From Flavobacteriales bacterium (lineage in GTDB: Bacteria; Bacteroidota; Bacteroidia; Flavobacteriales_F; PHOS-HE28): a stretch of DNA of 64,000 nt. The DNA is taken from contig JAGFIV010000036.1 in the NCBI GenBank assembly GCA_024103275.1, positions 6,279-70,278 on the forward strand, in the 5' to 3' direction. The notes under the pieces were generated by a model. It saw only the letters and a list, made by a program, of their open reading frames with translations, did no database searches and was not told the DNA's origin. The position numbers and the translations under genes were made by a program. Positions 26,314 through 36,567 of the stretch are shown here, piece by piece. The stretch's first letter is position 1. Every line of letters begins with the position of its first letter.

Positions 26314-26398
26314 TCGGCCGCCGGGGACAGGCCGGCAAGCGGTCGGCCCGAGGTGCAAATGACCGGCGAAGGATGAGCCGCCCGGGTATTTTTGCCGC

Positions 26399-28540
26399 AT
26401 GAGCGGAATGATGCGAAGGGGCTGGGCCGTCCTGTGCTTGTCGATGCTGGCCGTCACATCGTGGGCAGGGCCGCTGGACAAGGCGTTTGCGGCGCTTTCG
26501 GTGCATGACTACTTCAAGGCGAAGGAGCTGTTCACCAAGCAAACGCGCAGGGATCCGGCGGCAGCCTGGTATGGGCTGAGCGTGATCACCGGCCGGGCGG
26601 ACAATCCCTTCTTCCAACTCGACTCGAGCCTTGCGGCCATCCGCCGCTCCATGGCGGCATTCGCCGTGCTCGACGAAAAAGGCCGGGGGAAAGTGGCCAG
26701 GTTCGGGGTGGATTCCGCGACCATCAGGGCGCAATTCGACCATGTGGGTGAAATGGCCTGGACCCGGGTGGCCAACACCGACAGGATGGAGGACTATCAG
26801 CGCTACATCGATGCCTTCGCGGGAAGCACGATGGTGGCCCAGGCCATCGACCGCCGCAATGAACTGGCCTTCCAGGAGGCCAGGCGCGAGAACAGCGCAG
26901 CGGGCTACCGCCGGTTCCTGGACAGGTATCCGGACGCCAAGGAGGCGTTCAGCGCCCGCTCCCGACTGCAGCAGGCCGTGTACGAAGAGGCCACCTCCGC
27001 GGGGACGGCGGCCGTGTACGAACGTTTCATCAAGGAACATCCCGAGAACGCCCATGTGCGCGATGCGGAGGACGCCCTGTATGCGCTGTTTACCCCGGAC
27101 AAGACCGTTGGCCAATACGCCGCCTTCATCCACCGCTATCCCGAAAACCCCAACGTGCCCGATGCGTGGCGGGCCATGTACGACAGCTACACCAAGGACC
27201 TGAGCGTGGAGAACATCACCCGGTTCCTGAAGGATTACCCGGACTACCCGTTCATCGGCGAGCTGATGAACGACTACAAGGTGGCCAGCCTGGTCCTGTA
27301 TCCGTTCCGGCAGGAGGGCCTGTGGGGCTTCATCGACAACAAGGGAGTGGAGCGGATCAAGGCGGTGTTCGACTACGCCGAACCCTTTGCCGACGGGCAG
27401 GCCCAGGTGGGGGAGGCCGGCCACAGCGGATCGGTGAACAAGATGGGGAAGCCGGTGATCCCGATCATTTACGATGACGTGCTGGATTACCGGGAAGGGC
27501 TGGCCACGGTGGAGCTCAACGGTGTGCAGGGTGCCGTGGACCGCAACGGGAAGCTGGTGGTCCCGCTGGAATTCGACGAGGTGGGCGAGTTTGGGCACGG
27601 CATTGCGGCCGCAGCCCACAAGGGCCTTTACGGGTACATCAACAAAACTGGCGGAACGGTGGTCCCCTTCCAATATGAAGGGGCCATGCGTTTCCAAGGG
27701 GGGCTGGCCGTGGTGATCAAGGACGGCCAGAGCGGCGTGATCGATGCCCATGGGGAAGTGGTGGTGCCCTTCCGGTATGATTGGGTGGAGGGATTCGTGA
27801 ACATGCCGTTCTCCCGGGTGCGGTCGCGGGGCCTCATGGGGATCATCGACCGGTTCGGCGACGTGGTGCTCCCGGTGGAGCACGACCATGTAGGGCCCTT
27901 CAAGGACGGCCTGGCGCTGGTGGTGGACAAGGGCAAGGCCGGTTACGTGGGCACGGGAGGCCAATGGGCGATCCCCCAGCGCTACGATGCGAATGCGCTC
28001 ACCATCGGCATGGGCGACTTCCACCATGGGCTGGCACGCGTGCTCAGCGGGGGGAAATGGGGCCTGGTGGACACGGCGGGCAACCGCGTGATCCAACCGC
28101 AATACGCCGACATCGGCATTTGGGAAGGCGGCCTGATCCCGGTGAAGCGCAAGAACAAGTGGGGTTACATCAAACGGTCGTTCGCCAACGTGGTGGACGC
28201 GAAATACGACCAGGCCTGGGAGTTGCACGAAGGCTACGCACGGGTGGAGCTGGGCGGGCTGTATGGGCTGATCGACAGCCTGGGCAAGGAGGTGATCAAG
28301 CCGCAATACACCGCTTTACAGGACGTGGCCAACGGGGTGTTGATCGCGTCGGATGCCAAGGGCACCGGGGTGCTCTCAACAACGGGGAAGGTGCTCGTCC
28401 CCTTGATCTATGGGAGCGTGGGCCCGGTTGACAAAGGGCTTGTGAAGGTCACCTTGGACGGCCGCTTCGGGTATGTGCGCCTGCCCTCCGGTGAATTTCT
28501 GTGGAAGGAGGACGGCTTCGGCGAAGCTTCAACGCAATAG
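26399..28540 (+). CDS. WG repeat-containing protein with N-terminal TPR-like domain
   Basis: Signal peptide. The C-terminal half has >=9 repeats of the KWG/WG type: GLWGFIDNKGVERI, GYINKTGGTVVPFQYE, GKWGLVDTAGNRVIQPQY, NKWGYIKRSFANVV, GLYGLIDSLGKEVIKPQY. Confidence 0.8.
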   Translation: MSGMMRRGWAVLCLSMLAVTSWAGPLDKAFAALSVHDYFKAKELFTKQTRRDPAAAWYGLSVITGRADNPFFQLDSSLAAIRRSMAAFAVLDEKGRGKVARFGVDSATIRAQFDHVGEMAWTRVANTDRMEDYQRYIDAFAGSTMVAQAIDRRNELAFQEARRENSAAGYRRFLDRYPDAKEAFSARSRLQQAVYEEATSAGTAAVYERFIKEHPENAHVRDAEDALYALFTPDKTVGQYAAFIHRYPENPNVPDAWRAMYDSYTKDLSVENITRFLKDYPDYPFIGELMNDYKVASLVLYPFRQEGLWGFIDNKGVERIKAVFDYAEPFADGQAQVGEAGHSGSVNKMGKPVIPIIYDDVLDYREGLATVELNGVQGAVDRNGKLVVPLEFDEVGEFGHGIAAAAHKGLYGYINKTGGTVVPFQYEGAMRFQGGLAVVIKDGQSGVIDAHGEVVVPFRYDWVEGFVNMPFSRVRSRGLMGIIDRFGDVVLPVEHDHVGPFKDGLALVVDKGKAGYVGTGGQWAIPQRYDANALTIGMGDFHHGLARVLSGGKWGLVDTAGNRVIQPQYADIGIWEGGLIPVKRKNKWGYIKRSFANVVDAKYDQAWELHEGYARVELGGLYGLIDSLGKEVIKPQYTALQDVANGVLIASDAKGTGVLSTTGKVLVPLIYGSVGPVDKGLVKVTLDGRFGYVRLPSGEFLWKEDGFGEASTQ

Positions 28541-31500
28541 GGTGACGTGCCCGTACCTTTCCTCCTGCACGATGCCGACAGGGGTGAGGCTCTTGTAGCG
28601 CAAGTGCCAGTTGTAGATGCCCTGGGGGGCTTCCTGGCCCTGGGAGTTCCCGTCCCATCCGGCATCCGGATCGCCCGAGGCAAAGATCAGTTCGCCCCAG
28701 CGGTTGAAGATGTGCAGTTCCCATTGGTCCACCGTTTCGTGGATCACCGGCCGGAAGACGTCGTTGCGTCCATCGCCATCCGGCGTGAAGGCATTCGGCA
28801 CATGGATGAGCGGGGTGCAGATGCCCGGGTCGATCCGGATGCTTCCCGTGGCGTTGATGCAGTATCCCGTCACATGGACCGTGTAGGTGTCGGGCGCGGT
28901 GATGGCCAATGTTGGCCCGGTGGAACCATCGCTCCAAGCGAACGCCGCCGCACCCGGCGTATGGGCGTCCAGGAGCAGGCTGGTGCCCGGGCAGAGCTCC
29001 CGGTCCGGCCCCAGGTCAATTTGGGCCAATTCCGGCCGGAAGAGGATGTGTACCGCATCGCTGGCGGTGCATCCGTCCTGGCCGATCGTCACCGCATAGG
29101 TCCCTGTCGTGGTCACCGCCAACTGCGGACCGGTGGCACCGGTGCTCCACAGCACGGAGGCAGGGCCGGGATCCACGCTGAGCAGCACCGTATCCCCGAT
29201 GCAGGATTCCCGGTCCACGCCCAGGTCGATCACAGGCAGGGACACGTAATCCACGGCCATCGCGGATTGTGCGGAACAACCGCCCAGGGTGACGGTGGCC
29301 TGGAATTCGCCGTCGGCCGACACCATCCGCTGGGGCGCTGCCAGCCCGTCCTGCCAAAGCACGGAGGCACCCGGGATGTCCACGGACAATAGCAAGGTGG
29401 CACCCGGGCATAGCACGGTATCATTCCCCAGGGAGAAACCGGACAGGTCCACAACCTCCACGTCGACGCTGGCCGAGGCTTCACATCCATCCTTGGTCAC
29501 CGTGACGGTGTAGGTGCCGGCGGCATCCACCGGCAAGGCGGGGGCGGTGCTGCCCGTGTTCCAGAGGTAGGAGGCGTTGTCCTGGGCCACATCGATCGTC
29601 CAGGTGGCCGGGGCGCACAGCGTGGTGTCCGCAGGCAGGTGCAGGTCGGGCAAGGGGATGCCTTGGACCGCAAGGTCATCGCCGGCGGTGCAACCGTCCA
29701 CGGTGACCGATACCGTCCACACGCCTGGCGGCAGCGACCTTACAGCCGCGGTGCTGCCGTCGTTCCACAGGTAGCTTCCCCCCGGCACTGCGGCGGAGAC
29801 CGCGAACGTGGCGTTGCCGCATACGCTCGTGTCCGGCCCCAGGTCCACCACGGGCAGCGGGACTTCCGTCACTTGGACCGTATCGGACGCGGTGCATCCA
29901 TCCTCCGTGGCCTGCACCCAATACACGCCGCCCTGCGTGATCGTCCGGGTACCGCCCGTGGTGCCGTCATCCCAAAGCAAGCCTTGGCCCGGCACGGAAA
30001 GGACCATGGACTGGCCCGCACAGAATGATGTATCCGGCCCCAGGTCAGGCATGACCGGGTCAACCACCTGCACCAGGATTGAATCCGTGAATGCGCAGCC
30101 CGAGACGGTGGTGGAGGCGATGTACAGCCCGCTTGCCGTAACACCGTACGTGGGGCCCGTGGCCGTGCCGGCCCCGGACCACTGTGTGGTGCCGCCTGGC
30201 ATGCCGGCATCCAGCAACAAGGTGCTGCCCGTGCAGATCGTGGTGTCCGCACCCAAGGTGAAACCGGTTGTCGCCAAATAGGATACGACAATGTCGTCGG
30301 AGCCGGTGCATCCGGTGCCATCCGTGATTTCCACTTCATACACGCCATCGGTGGTCACCAGGAAGCTGTTGCCCTGCGAACCGTCCTGCCATGTGGCCTG
30401 CACCCCCGGAAGAGCGACTTCCAACACCAGCGATCCCCCCGGGCACAGGGTGGTGTCATTGCCCAGGTTGACGACAAGGGCGGGAATGGCCGTGAGCAGG
30501 ATGGTGTCGCTCACCGTGCAGGTGCCCAAGGTGACGTCCACCCAATAGCTGCCAGCAGTCCCGGTGGAAAGCACCGGCCCTTGGTCACCATTGCTCCAAC
30601 TGTAATCCGTGGCACCGGGCAGGCTGGCATCCACGGTCGCCGTGGTGCCCCCACAGAAGTCCAGGTCGGGGCCGAGGTCGAGCGACCCGGGATCGGCAAA
30701 GGCCACCGCGATCGTGTCCTCGGCGGTGCATCCGTTCGCATCGGTGAGGAGCAAGGAGATGATCGCAGCGGTTTGGACGGTGATGGCGGGGGCCGTTTCG
30801 CCGGTGCTCCACGTGTAGGAGGCACCAGGCTGCGTGGCATCGATCGTCAGGGATTCGCCGGGGCAGAGCAAGGTATCCGGCCCGAGGTCGAGCATCGGGG
30901 GCACCTGCCCGGTGATGGTCGTGGTATCCGAGCCGGTGCAGCCGCTCACGGCCACTTCCACCCACCAAGTGCCGGCCCCGGCATTGATCGATGCGGTGGT
31001 GGCACCGGTGCTCCACAGGTAGGAGGCCCCGGCGGTGGATGCATCCAGGGTGATGGTGGCACCCGGGCATACCTGCAGACCGTTCGGCAAGAAGACCTGC
31101 GGCGACGGGTTCTCCCCCACGAGGATGGAATCCCGCACGGTGCACCCGTTGAGGATCACGTCCACCCAATAGGTACCCGGCGAGCCCACCGTGATCGAAT
31201 CGGTGGTGGCACCGGTGTTCCACTGATAGGTGGCCCCGGCCAATTGCAGGCCGATGCGCACGGTGGATCCGCTGCAGAACGCGATGTCGGGCCCCAGGCT
31301 GACCAGGCCGGGATCGGCATACGACACGATGATGGTATCGTGGCCGGTGCAGCCGTTGCCGTCCGTGACCACGACGGAAGCCGTGGTGGGGGTGCTGATG
31401 GTGATCGCCGGCGTGGAAGCACCGGTATTCCACACATACGTGGCCCCCGGTTGCGTGGCATCCAAGGTGATCGTTTCGCCCGGGCAGAGCGTGGTGTCCG

Positions 31501-33538
31501 GTCCCAGTTGCACCGTGGGCGGCACGTGCTCCGAGATGGTGATGGCATCGGTGCCCGTGCAGCCCCCCACTGTGACCTCCACCGCCCATGTGCCGGCCCC
31601 CGCCTGGATCACGGGCGTGGTGGCCCCGTTGTTCCACAGGTAGGATGCCCCCGTGGTGGTGGCGTCCAGCAAGATGGTTTGGCCCGGGCACACGGCTTGG
31701 TCGGCACCCAGGCTGAAGGCAGGGAGGGGAATTTCAGTGATCAGGATGGAATCCCGGGCCGTGCATCCGTTGAGCGTGGCTTCCAGCCAATGGATGCCGG
31801 GCCCGCTTACCGTGATGGAATCCGTGGTGGCGCCCGTGTCCCAGAGGTAGGTGGCCCCGGGTATGCTGGCACCGATCCGGACGGAGGCCCCTGCACACAT
31901 GGCCAGGTCGGGCCCCAGGTCCACGGTCTGCACGTTGAACAACGACAGGGCCACGGTATCGCGGCCGATGCATCCGCCGACGGCCACCTCCACGGAATAC
32001 GTTCCGGGATTGCCCGTTACCAGTTGCGCTGTGGCATCACCGGTGTTCCACAGGTACGTGGCGCCGGGCGTGGAGGCATCGAACGTGGCCAGGTCGCCCG
32101 GGCATATCGTTTGGTCCGGGCCCAGGTCAACCGCAGGATCGGGGGTGAAGGCCACTTGGATCCCGCCCTGTGCGGTGCATCCGTTCAGGTCCACCTCCAC
32201 TTCGTACAGGCCCGATGCGGTCACCACGCGGGTGGGTGAGGTAAGCCCGTCCTGCCAGAGATAGGTGGCGCCGGGGACGGTGGCGTCCAGCAGCAGGGAT
32301 CCTCCGTCGCACAAGGTGGTATCGTTGCCCAGTTGGACGGTGGGCATGGGGTTGTAATCCACTTGGATGGAATCGCGGGCTGTGCAGTTGCTGGCTTCGG
32401 CCTCCACCCAGTACAGGCCGGGGCCGTTCACCAGGAAGGTAGGGTTGGTCGATCCATCCTGCCACAGGTACGTGTACCCCGTGCCGGGTACCGAAAGGTT
32501 CAACGTGCTGCCGTCGCACAGCGCGGTGTCATTCCCCAGCTGGAGCGTTGGCACCGGTGTGTATTGGATGGTCACTTGGTCCGTGCCGGTGCATCCTTGC
32601 GCCGTCACGTCCACGCTGTAGGTGCCGGCCTGGTCAACATGGAACGTGGGACCGGTGCTGCCGTCCTGCCACAGGTAGGTGGCCCCAGGGAAGGTGGCAT
32701 CCAGGTCCAGTTCATCGCCATCGCAAAGTGCCTGGTCCGGCCCCAGGTCCACGCTTGGTGACGGGGTCACGCTGACATGCAGGGTGTCCCGCAGGTAGAC
32801 CATGCCGGAGATGGAAATGTCGTCGATGCCGAAATCGTCCCCCACGCCATGGAGGGAAGTGATGCGGATGCAGGCATTCACGCTGGTCTGGCCGGGCCCG
32901 GCGGTCCACGTGGTGGTGAAGGTCTGCCAGCCCGCATTGAAGGTGGGAAAGGTGAAATCCGGCCAATTGGCGGTGGCCCCGTTCATGCTCCACACCGCGG
33001 TGGCGGGCAATTCATTGGTGAGGGTCCTCCCCCTGAAGGAGAGCGTATAGGTCTGGCCCGGGCAACAGGGAATGGTCTGGCACCACACGTCCCATTGGTT
33101 GTTCACCCAAGAGACCCATCCGCCATTGGCGATGAGGAAATTGCCGTTGCCGGTCCCTTGGAACTGGGGATGGTACCAGCTGGCGTTGGGCCCCACGGTG
33201 TAGTACCCTTCATTCTGGACCGAAAAGAGGGAGTAGGTGTACTGGGAGGTGAAGCCGGTATTGCCGCCGGAGAAATTCCCGTTCGTCACCAGTTCCCCGC
33301 TGGGGTAGCTCACCTGGCACCAATAGTCGCCGGCATTCCCCACGGTGATGGACGGCGTGGTGGCTCCCGTGCTCCACAGGTAGTTGGTGTAGCCCGCAGG
33401 TCCTTGCAGTTGGGTGGTCTGCCCTTGGCAGATCGTGAGGTCAGGCCCGATGTTGATGGAGCAGACCGGTTGAGCGGAAAGGACCAATGCCGCCGGCACG
33501 AGCCCTATGGCCGCGGCCCCCCGTGAAAAAAAATGCAT
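28529..33538 (-). CDS. Giant cell-surface protein: ~17 tandem Ig-like repeats + gliding-motility-associated C-terminal domain (CHU_C / T9SS type B)
   Basis: Start at MHFFSRGAAAIGLV (signal peptide). A unique ~230-aa N-terminal domain is followed by repeats of the form LGPDxxxCxGxxxxLDAxxPGATYLWxxGxTxxxxxVxxxGxYxVxVxxNGCTxxDSIxV. The C-terminus ...VPNAFTPDGDGRNDVF...FNRWGELIF...YKSLTPVGIVQEERYGHVTLLR is the CHU_C sorting domain. Confidence 0.85.
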   Translation of the reverse strand: MHFFSRGAAAIGLVPAALVLSAQPVCSINIGPDLTICQGQTTQLQGPAGYTNYLWSTGATTPSITVGNAGDYWCQVSYPSGELVTNGNFSGGNTGFTSQYTYSLFSVQNEGYYTVGPNASWYHPQFQGTGNGNFLIANGGWVSWVNNQWDVWCQTIPCCPGQTYTLSFRGRTLTNELPATAVWSMNGATANWPDFTFPTFNAGWQTFTTTWTAGPGQTSVNACIRITSLHGVGDDFGIDDISISGMVYLRDTLHVSVTPSPSVDLGPDQALCDGDELDLDATFPGATYLWQDGSTGPTFHVDQAGTYSVDVTAQGCTGTDQVTIQYTPVPTLQLGNDTALCDGSTLNLSVPGTGYTYLWQDGSTNPTFLVNGPGLYWVEAEASNCTARDSIQVDYNPMPTVQLGNDTTLCDGGSLLLDATVPGATYLWQDGLTSPTRVVTASGLYEVEVDLNGCTAQGGIQVAFTPDPAVDLGPDQTICPGDLATFDASTPGATYLWNTGDATAQLVTGNPGTYSVEVAVGGCIGRDTVALSLFNVQTVDLGPDLAMCAGASVRIGASIPGATYLWDTGATTDSITVSGPGIHWLEATLNGCTARDSILITEIPLPAFSLGADQAVCPGQTILLDATTTGASYLWNNGATTPVIQAGAGTWAVEVTVGGCTGTDAITISEHVPPTVQLGPDTTLCPGETITLDATQPGATYVWNTGASTPAITISTPTTASVVVTDGNGCTGHDTIIVSYADPGLVSLGPDIAFCSGSTVRIGLQLAGATYQWNTGATTDSITVGSPGTYWVDVILNGCTVRDSILVGENPSPQVFLPNGLQVCPGATITLDASTAGASYLWSTGATTASINAGAGTWWVEVAVSGCTGSDTTTITGQVPPMLDLGPDTLLCPGESLTIDATQPGASYTWSTGETAPAITVQTAAIISLLLTDANGCTAEDTIAVAFADPGSLDLGPDLDFCGGTTATVDASLPGATDYSWSNGDQGPVLSTGTAGSYWVDVTLGTCTVSDTILLTAIPALVVNLGNDTTLCPGGSLVLEVALPGVQATWQDGSQGNSFLVTTDGVYEVEITDGTGCTGSDDIVVSYLATTGFTLGADTTICTGSTLLLDAGMPGGTTQWSGAGTATGPTYGVTASGLYIASTTVSGCAFTDSILVQVVDPVMPDLGPDTSFCAGQSMVLSVPGQGLLWDDGTTGGTRTITQGGVYWVQATEDGCTASDTVQVTEVPLPVVDLGPDTSVCGNATFAVSAAVPGGSYLWNDGSTAAVRSLPPGVWTVSVTVDGCTAGDDLAVQGIPLPDLHLPADTTLCAPATWTIDVAQDNASYLWNTGSTAPALPVDAAGTYTVTVTKDGCEASASVDVEVVDLSGFSLGNDTVLCPGATLLLSVDIPGASVLWQDGLAAPQRMVSADGEFQATVTLGGCSAQSAMAVDYVSLPVIDLGVDRESCIGDTVLLSVDPGPASVLWSTGATGPQLAVTTTGTYAVTIGQDGCTASDAVHILFRPELAQIDLGPDRELCPGTSLLLDAHTPGAAAFAWSDGSTGPTLAITAPDTYTVHVTGYCINATGSIRIDPGICTPLIHVPNAFTPDGDGRNDVFRPVIHETVDQWELHIFNRWGELIFASGDPDAGWDGNSQGQEAPQGIYNWHLRYKSLTPVGIVQEERYGHVTLLR

Positions 33539-33601
33539 GGTCCCCAAACCGTTCCCGCCTTTCAAATTTCCGGCCAAGTGGCCTGTTTCTCCTTCCTGTT
33601 G

Positions 33602-34267
33602 TCAGTGGGTTGTCCACGTAGCTGTCAACACCCGGTTGATCCCTTGGTACAGATGTTCGTTGCACTCGTCGAAATAATGACGCAACAGGCTGCTGACGCG
33701 TTGGCTCCTTTGGCGGCTCGTTTCGCTGTATACGATCGTGTTGAAGCACAGGAGCCCGCCGGCAGCGGTGCAGTTGCGCAAGGCGGCGATGAAGGGCCCG
33801 CCGTCCACGCCGGGGGCCAGGTCCAGCTCATGGCATAGGTCCACCACCACCAGGTCGTGCCGCCGGTGATGGTTTTCGGCGAATGCCAGCGCATCGGAGA
33901 GCACCAGATCCAGGTCTTGGAACCGCCCCACCTTGAAGCGCTCGCGGGCCAGGCGAAGCATCTCCGGATCACCGTCCACGCCGGTGATGGGGGCCTTGAT
34001 GCCCATTTCGCGGCGCAGGATGCTGGCCACACTGCCCGCCCCGAAGCCCAGGATCAGGATGCTTCGGGGCGACCGCCCCGCCACGTGCTGGTCGTCCAGG
34101 CACTGTTGCCAGATCGCATGCAGGTTGCCGTAGCTCTGGTTGGCATGGCCGCTGTTGACTACCAGCTGCCCCTGCTCCCACACCAGGTTCAAGGGCCCGT
34201 ACTTCCCTTGTCCCTTCCATTCGGTGACAGGCCACGCGTAGCTGAGCAGGCTCTTCAGGAACGACAT
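33602..34267 (-). CDS. Spermidine synthase-like (polyamine aminopropyltransferase family) protein
   Basis: Start at MSFLKSLLSYAWPVTEW. ILILGFGAGSVASILRREMGIKAPITGVDGDPEMLRLARERF...DLVVVDL is a class I MTase/spermine synthase fold motif. Confidence 0.7.
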   Translation of the reverse strand: MSFLKSLLSYAWPVTEWKGQGKYGPLNLVWEQGQLVVNSGHANQSYGNLHAIWQQCLDDQHVAGRSPRSILILGFGAGSVASILRREMGIKAPITGVDGDPEMLRLARERFKVGRFQDLDLVLSDALAFAENHHRRHDLVVVDLCHELDLAPGVDGGPFIAALRNCTAAGGLLCFNTIVYSETSRQRSQRVSSLLRHYFDECNEHLYQGINRVLTATWTTH

Positions 34268-34331
34268 GGCCGCAAAGATCGCCTTTCGGGGCCGCCTATC
34301 TTCGCGGCCCGCCCGCCAGGGCACCACCACC

Positions 34332-35402
34332 ATGTCCGCCATCACACGATACAAACTGCGCAAACTGCTCAAGTATGCGTTGGTTTCGATGGTGGTGGGC
34401 ACCGTGCTGATGCTTTTCGGCAGCCAGGCCGACCTGCGCCTGGTGCTGACATGGGGGGTCTTGGGCGTTTGGACCGGCATCTTGGAGGAGTTCCTTTTCG
34501 GGCGGCGCTTCCGCTCGTTGGCCATCCCGCTGCAGTTCCTCGGCAAGGCCTTGGCGGTCAACCTGCTCACCATCGCCTTCCTGGGGCTGGCATGGTTGGC
34601 AGGCCGGGGCTTCAATGTCCCCGGTGCCGGCATCATCCGCTACCCGCTCGCCGATGTGATCGCGGGGATGGGCATCTACCGCTTTGCGCTTCAGGTGGTG
34701 GCGGTCACCTCGGCCGCCATCCTGGTAGTGCAGGTGGAGGAGTTCATGGGACGCCGTTTCTTCATGGGTTTCCTGCTGGGGTGGTACGACAAGCCGCGGA
34801 TCGATGAGCGCGTGGTGCTCAGCATGGACCTGGTGGGCAGCTCGGCGCTGAACGAGCGTTTGGGGGACATGCTGTACTTCCGCTTCCTGAAGGCCAGCTA
34901 CTCGCTGATGACCGACCCGATCCTGCGGCACGACGCGGAGATCCTGAAATACGTGGGCGACGAGGTGATCTTCACCTGGAGCATGGGGGCGGGGACCCGC
35001 AGGGGCAACAGCCTGGCCATGTTCTTCGAGATCGCTGAACGCCTGCAGGCGAACAGGTCGTGGTTCATGCGCGAATTCGGGGCGGTGCCGCAGTTCCGGG
35101 GCGGGGTGCACGGCGGCCGGGTCATCGTGGCGCAAGTGGGCCACATCAAGCGGGCCATCGACTTCAGCGGGGATGTGATGAACACCACCAGCCGCGTGCA
35201 ATCCATGGCCAAGAACCTGAAGGCCGACCTGATGATCACCCAGGAGCTGCTGGACCGCATGCCCGGCATGGATGAACAATACGAACTGGGGCCGCCGGTG
35301 CCGCTTCGCGTGAAGGGCGGTGAACGCTTGATGACGGTGCGCACGGTGGCACGCAAAGGCATGAACGCCGCCAGGGTACGAACGGGCGATGCGCGGGCTT
35401 GA
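34332..35402 (+). CDS. Membrane-anchored adenylate/guanylate cyclase (class III nucleotidyl cyclase)
   Basis: Start at MSAITRYKL. It has ~5 N-terminal TM helices. Then the cyclase catalytic domain: VLSMDLVGSSAL...KYVGDEVIFTW...GVHGGRVIVAQVG...DFSGDVMNTTSRVQSMAK. Confidence 0.8.
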   Translation: MSAITRYKLRKLLKYALVSMVVGTVLMLFGSQADLRLVLTWGVLGVWTGILEEFLFGRRFRSLAIPLQFLGKALAVNLLTIAFLGLAWLAGRGFNVPGAGIIRYPLADVIAGMGIYRFALQVVAVTSAAILVVQVEEFMGRRFFMGFLLGWYDKPRIDERVVLSMDLVGSSALNERLGDMLYFRFLKASYSLMTDPILRHDAEILKYVGDEVIFTWSMGAGTRRGNSLAMFFEIAERLQANRSWFMREFGAVPQFRGGVHGGRVIVAQVGHIKRAIDFSGDVMNTTSRVQSMAKNLKADLMITQELLDRMPGMDEQYELGPPVPLRVKGGERLMTVRTVARKGMNAARVRTGDARA

Positions 35403-36495
35403 GAAGATCGGCTTCGGCTTGTTTGCGCTTGGCTGCACGCCCAACGCAACGGGCCAGGCCCCGGTGCCGGTGATCTCCAAATACGGGCAGCTGGTGGTGT
35501 TCGACGCGGGCACCTTCACGCAGGTGGAGCCACGGGCGCCAAAAGCCATTTACCAAGGTGGCGACAAACTGGCCTACCTCTCCGACGGCAACGACCTGAA
35601 GCTGTACGCCGATCACCGGTTGACCGTGCTGGAGCGGGGCGAAACCGTGGAAATGGCCGTATCGAGGCACCTCCTCGCCTGGCGCAGCGGACCGGCGCTG
35701 AGGATCCCCGCGGCGGACGGCGGTGCATCCACCATCTGCCGTAGCGTGGGCCGGTTCGCGGTGGGCGACAGCATCATCGTATTCGACGACCTGATGCAGC
35801 AGCAGATAGGCGTCCACTGGAAGGGGAGGACCTTCCCCGTTGCCGATATCATGCCCGGCGGGGAAGTCCCGTGGAAAACCGGATCCAACACGCTCCTCCT
35901 CTATGACCTGGACAGGCGGCGCGTCCTGCTCTTCTATCGCGGCACCCTGTCCACCTTGTGCAACGGCACCGATATGTCGCGTTCCGAACCCGGGGGTGAC
36001 GTGGTGGCCTTCTTGGATGAATACGATGACATCTTCCGGATTTTTGATAGGGGGGAAGAATACGAGGTGGAGCCTTTTGCCCCGACCGATTTCCAGGTCG
36101 GTGAGGGCTTGGTGGCATGGGTCAATTCCACCGGGGCCTTCCGTTGCTACCAAGGCGGCCAGATCTGGGACCTCATGGATTACGCACCGGATGCATTCTG
36201 GGTGCGCGACAGCCTGGTCGTGTTCCGCGACGTCAACCGGTTCAAGGTGTTCTGCAAGGGTGCCGTGGAGACTCTTGACCAGCAAATGCCGTCCCAATGG
36301 GCCGTCTCGGGTGCCGGCATCGCTTGGTTGGATGGCCAGCAACGGCTTAACCTGTTCCGGGAAGGAGAACGCTCCATGGTAAGCCGGGAGCCGGGCATCC
36401 GCAATTTCGGGATCCACCCGTCGGTGGTGGTGTACCAAAGCAACAGCGGGGAGTACAAGGTTTGGTGGAACGGGAAGTTGTACAGCCACTATTGA
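35389..36495 (+). CDS. Hypothetical lipoprotein
   Basis: Signal/lipobox LFALGCTP. 368 aa, beta-rich, with no recognised motif. The start overlaps the cyclase 3' end. Confidence 0.55.
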   Translation: MRGLEKIGFGLFALGCTPNATGQAPVPVISKYGQLVVFDAGTFTQVEPRAPKAIYQGGDKLAYLSDGNDLKLYADHRLTVLERGETVEMAVSRHLLAWRSGPALRIPAADGGASTICRSVGRFAVGDSIIVFDDLMQQQIGVHWKGRTFPVADIMPGGEVPWKTGSNTLLLYDLDRRRVLLFYRGTLSTLCNGTDMSRSEPGGDVVAFLDEYDDIFRIFDRGEEYEVEPFAPTDFQVGEGLVAWVNSTGAFRCYQGGQIWDLMDYAPDAFWVRDSLVVFRDVNRFKVFCKGAVETLDQQMPSQWAVSGAGIAWLDGQQRLNLFREGERSMVSREPGIRNFGIHPSVVVYQSNSGEYKVWWNGKLYSHY

Positions 36496-36567
36496 TGCTG
36501 GCTGCCGGGCCGTGCCCCCGGACGGCGATGCGGTGGCGGACCGTGCAGGGCGGGGTATTTTTGCGCC

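Noticed and set aside
30581-32239. 552-aa plus-strand and 368-aa minus-strand ORFs inside the giant adhesin gene
   Set aside because: Alternative frames of the repeat-rich CHU_C protein gene. Low complexity (Gly/Arg/His). The real frame carries the conserved repeats and the CTD.
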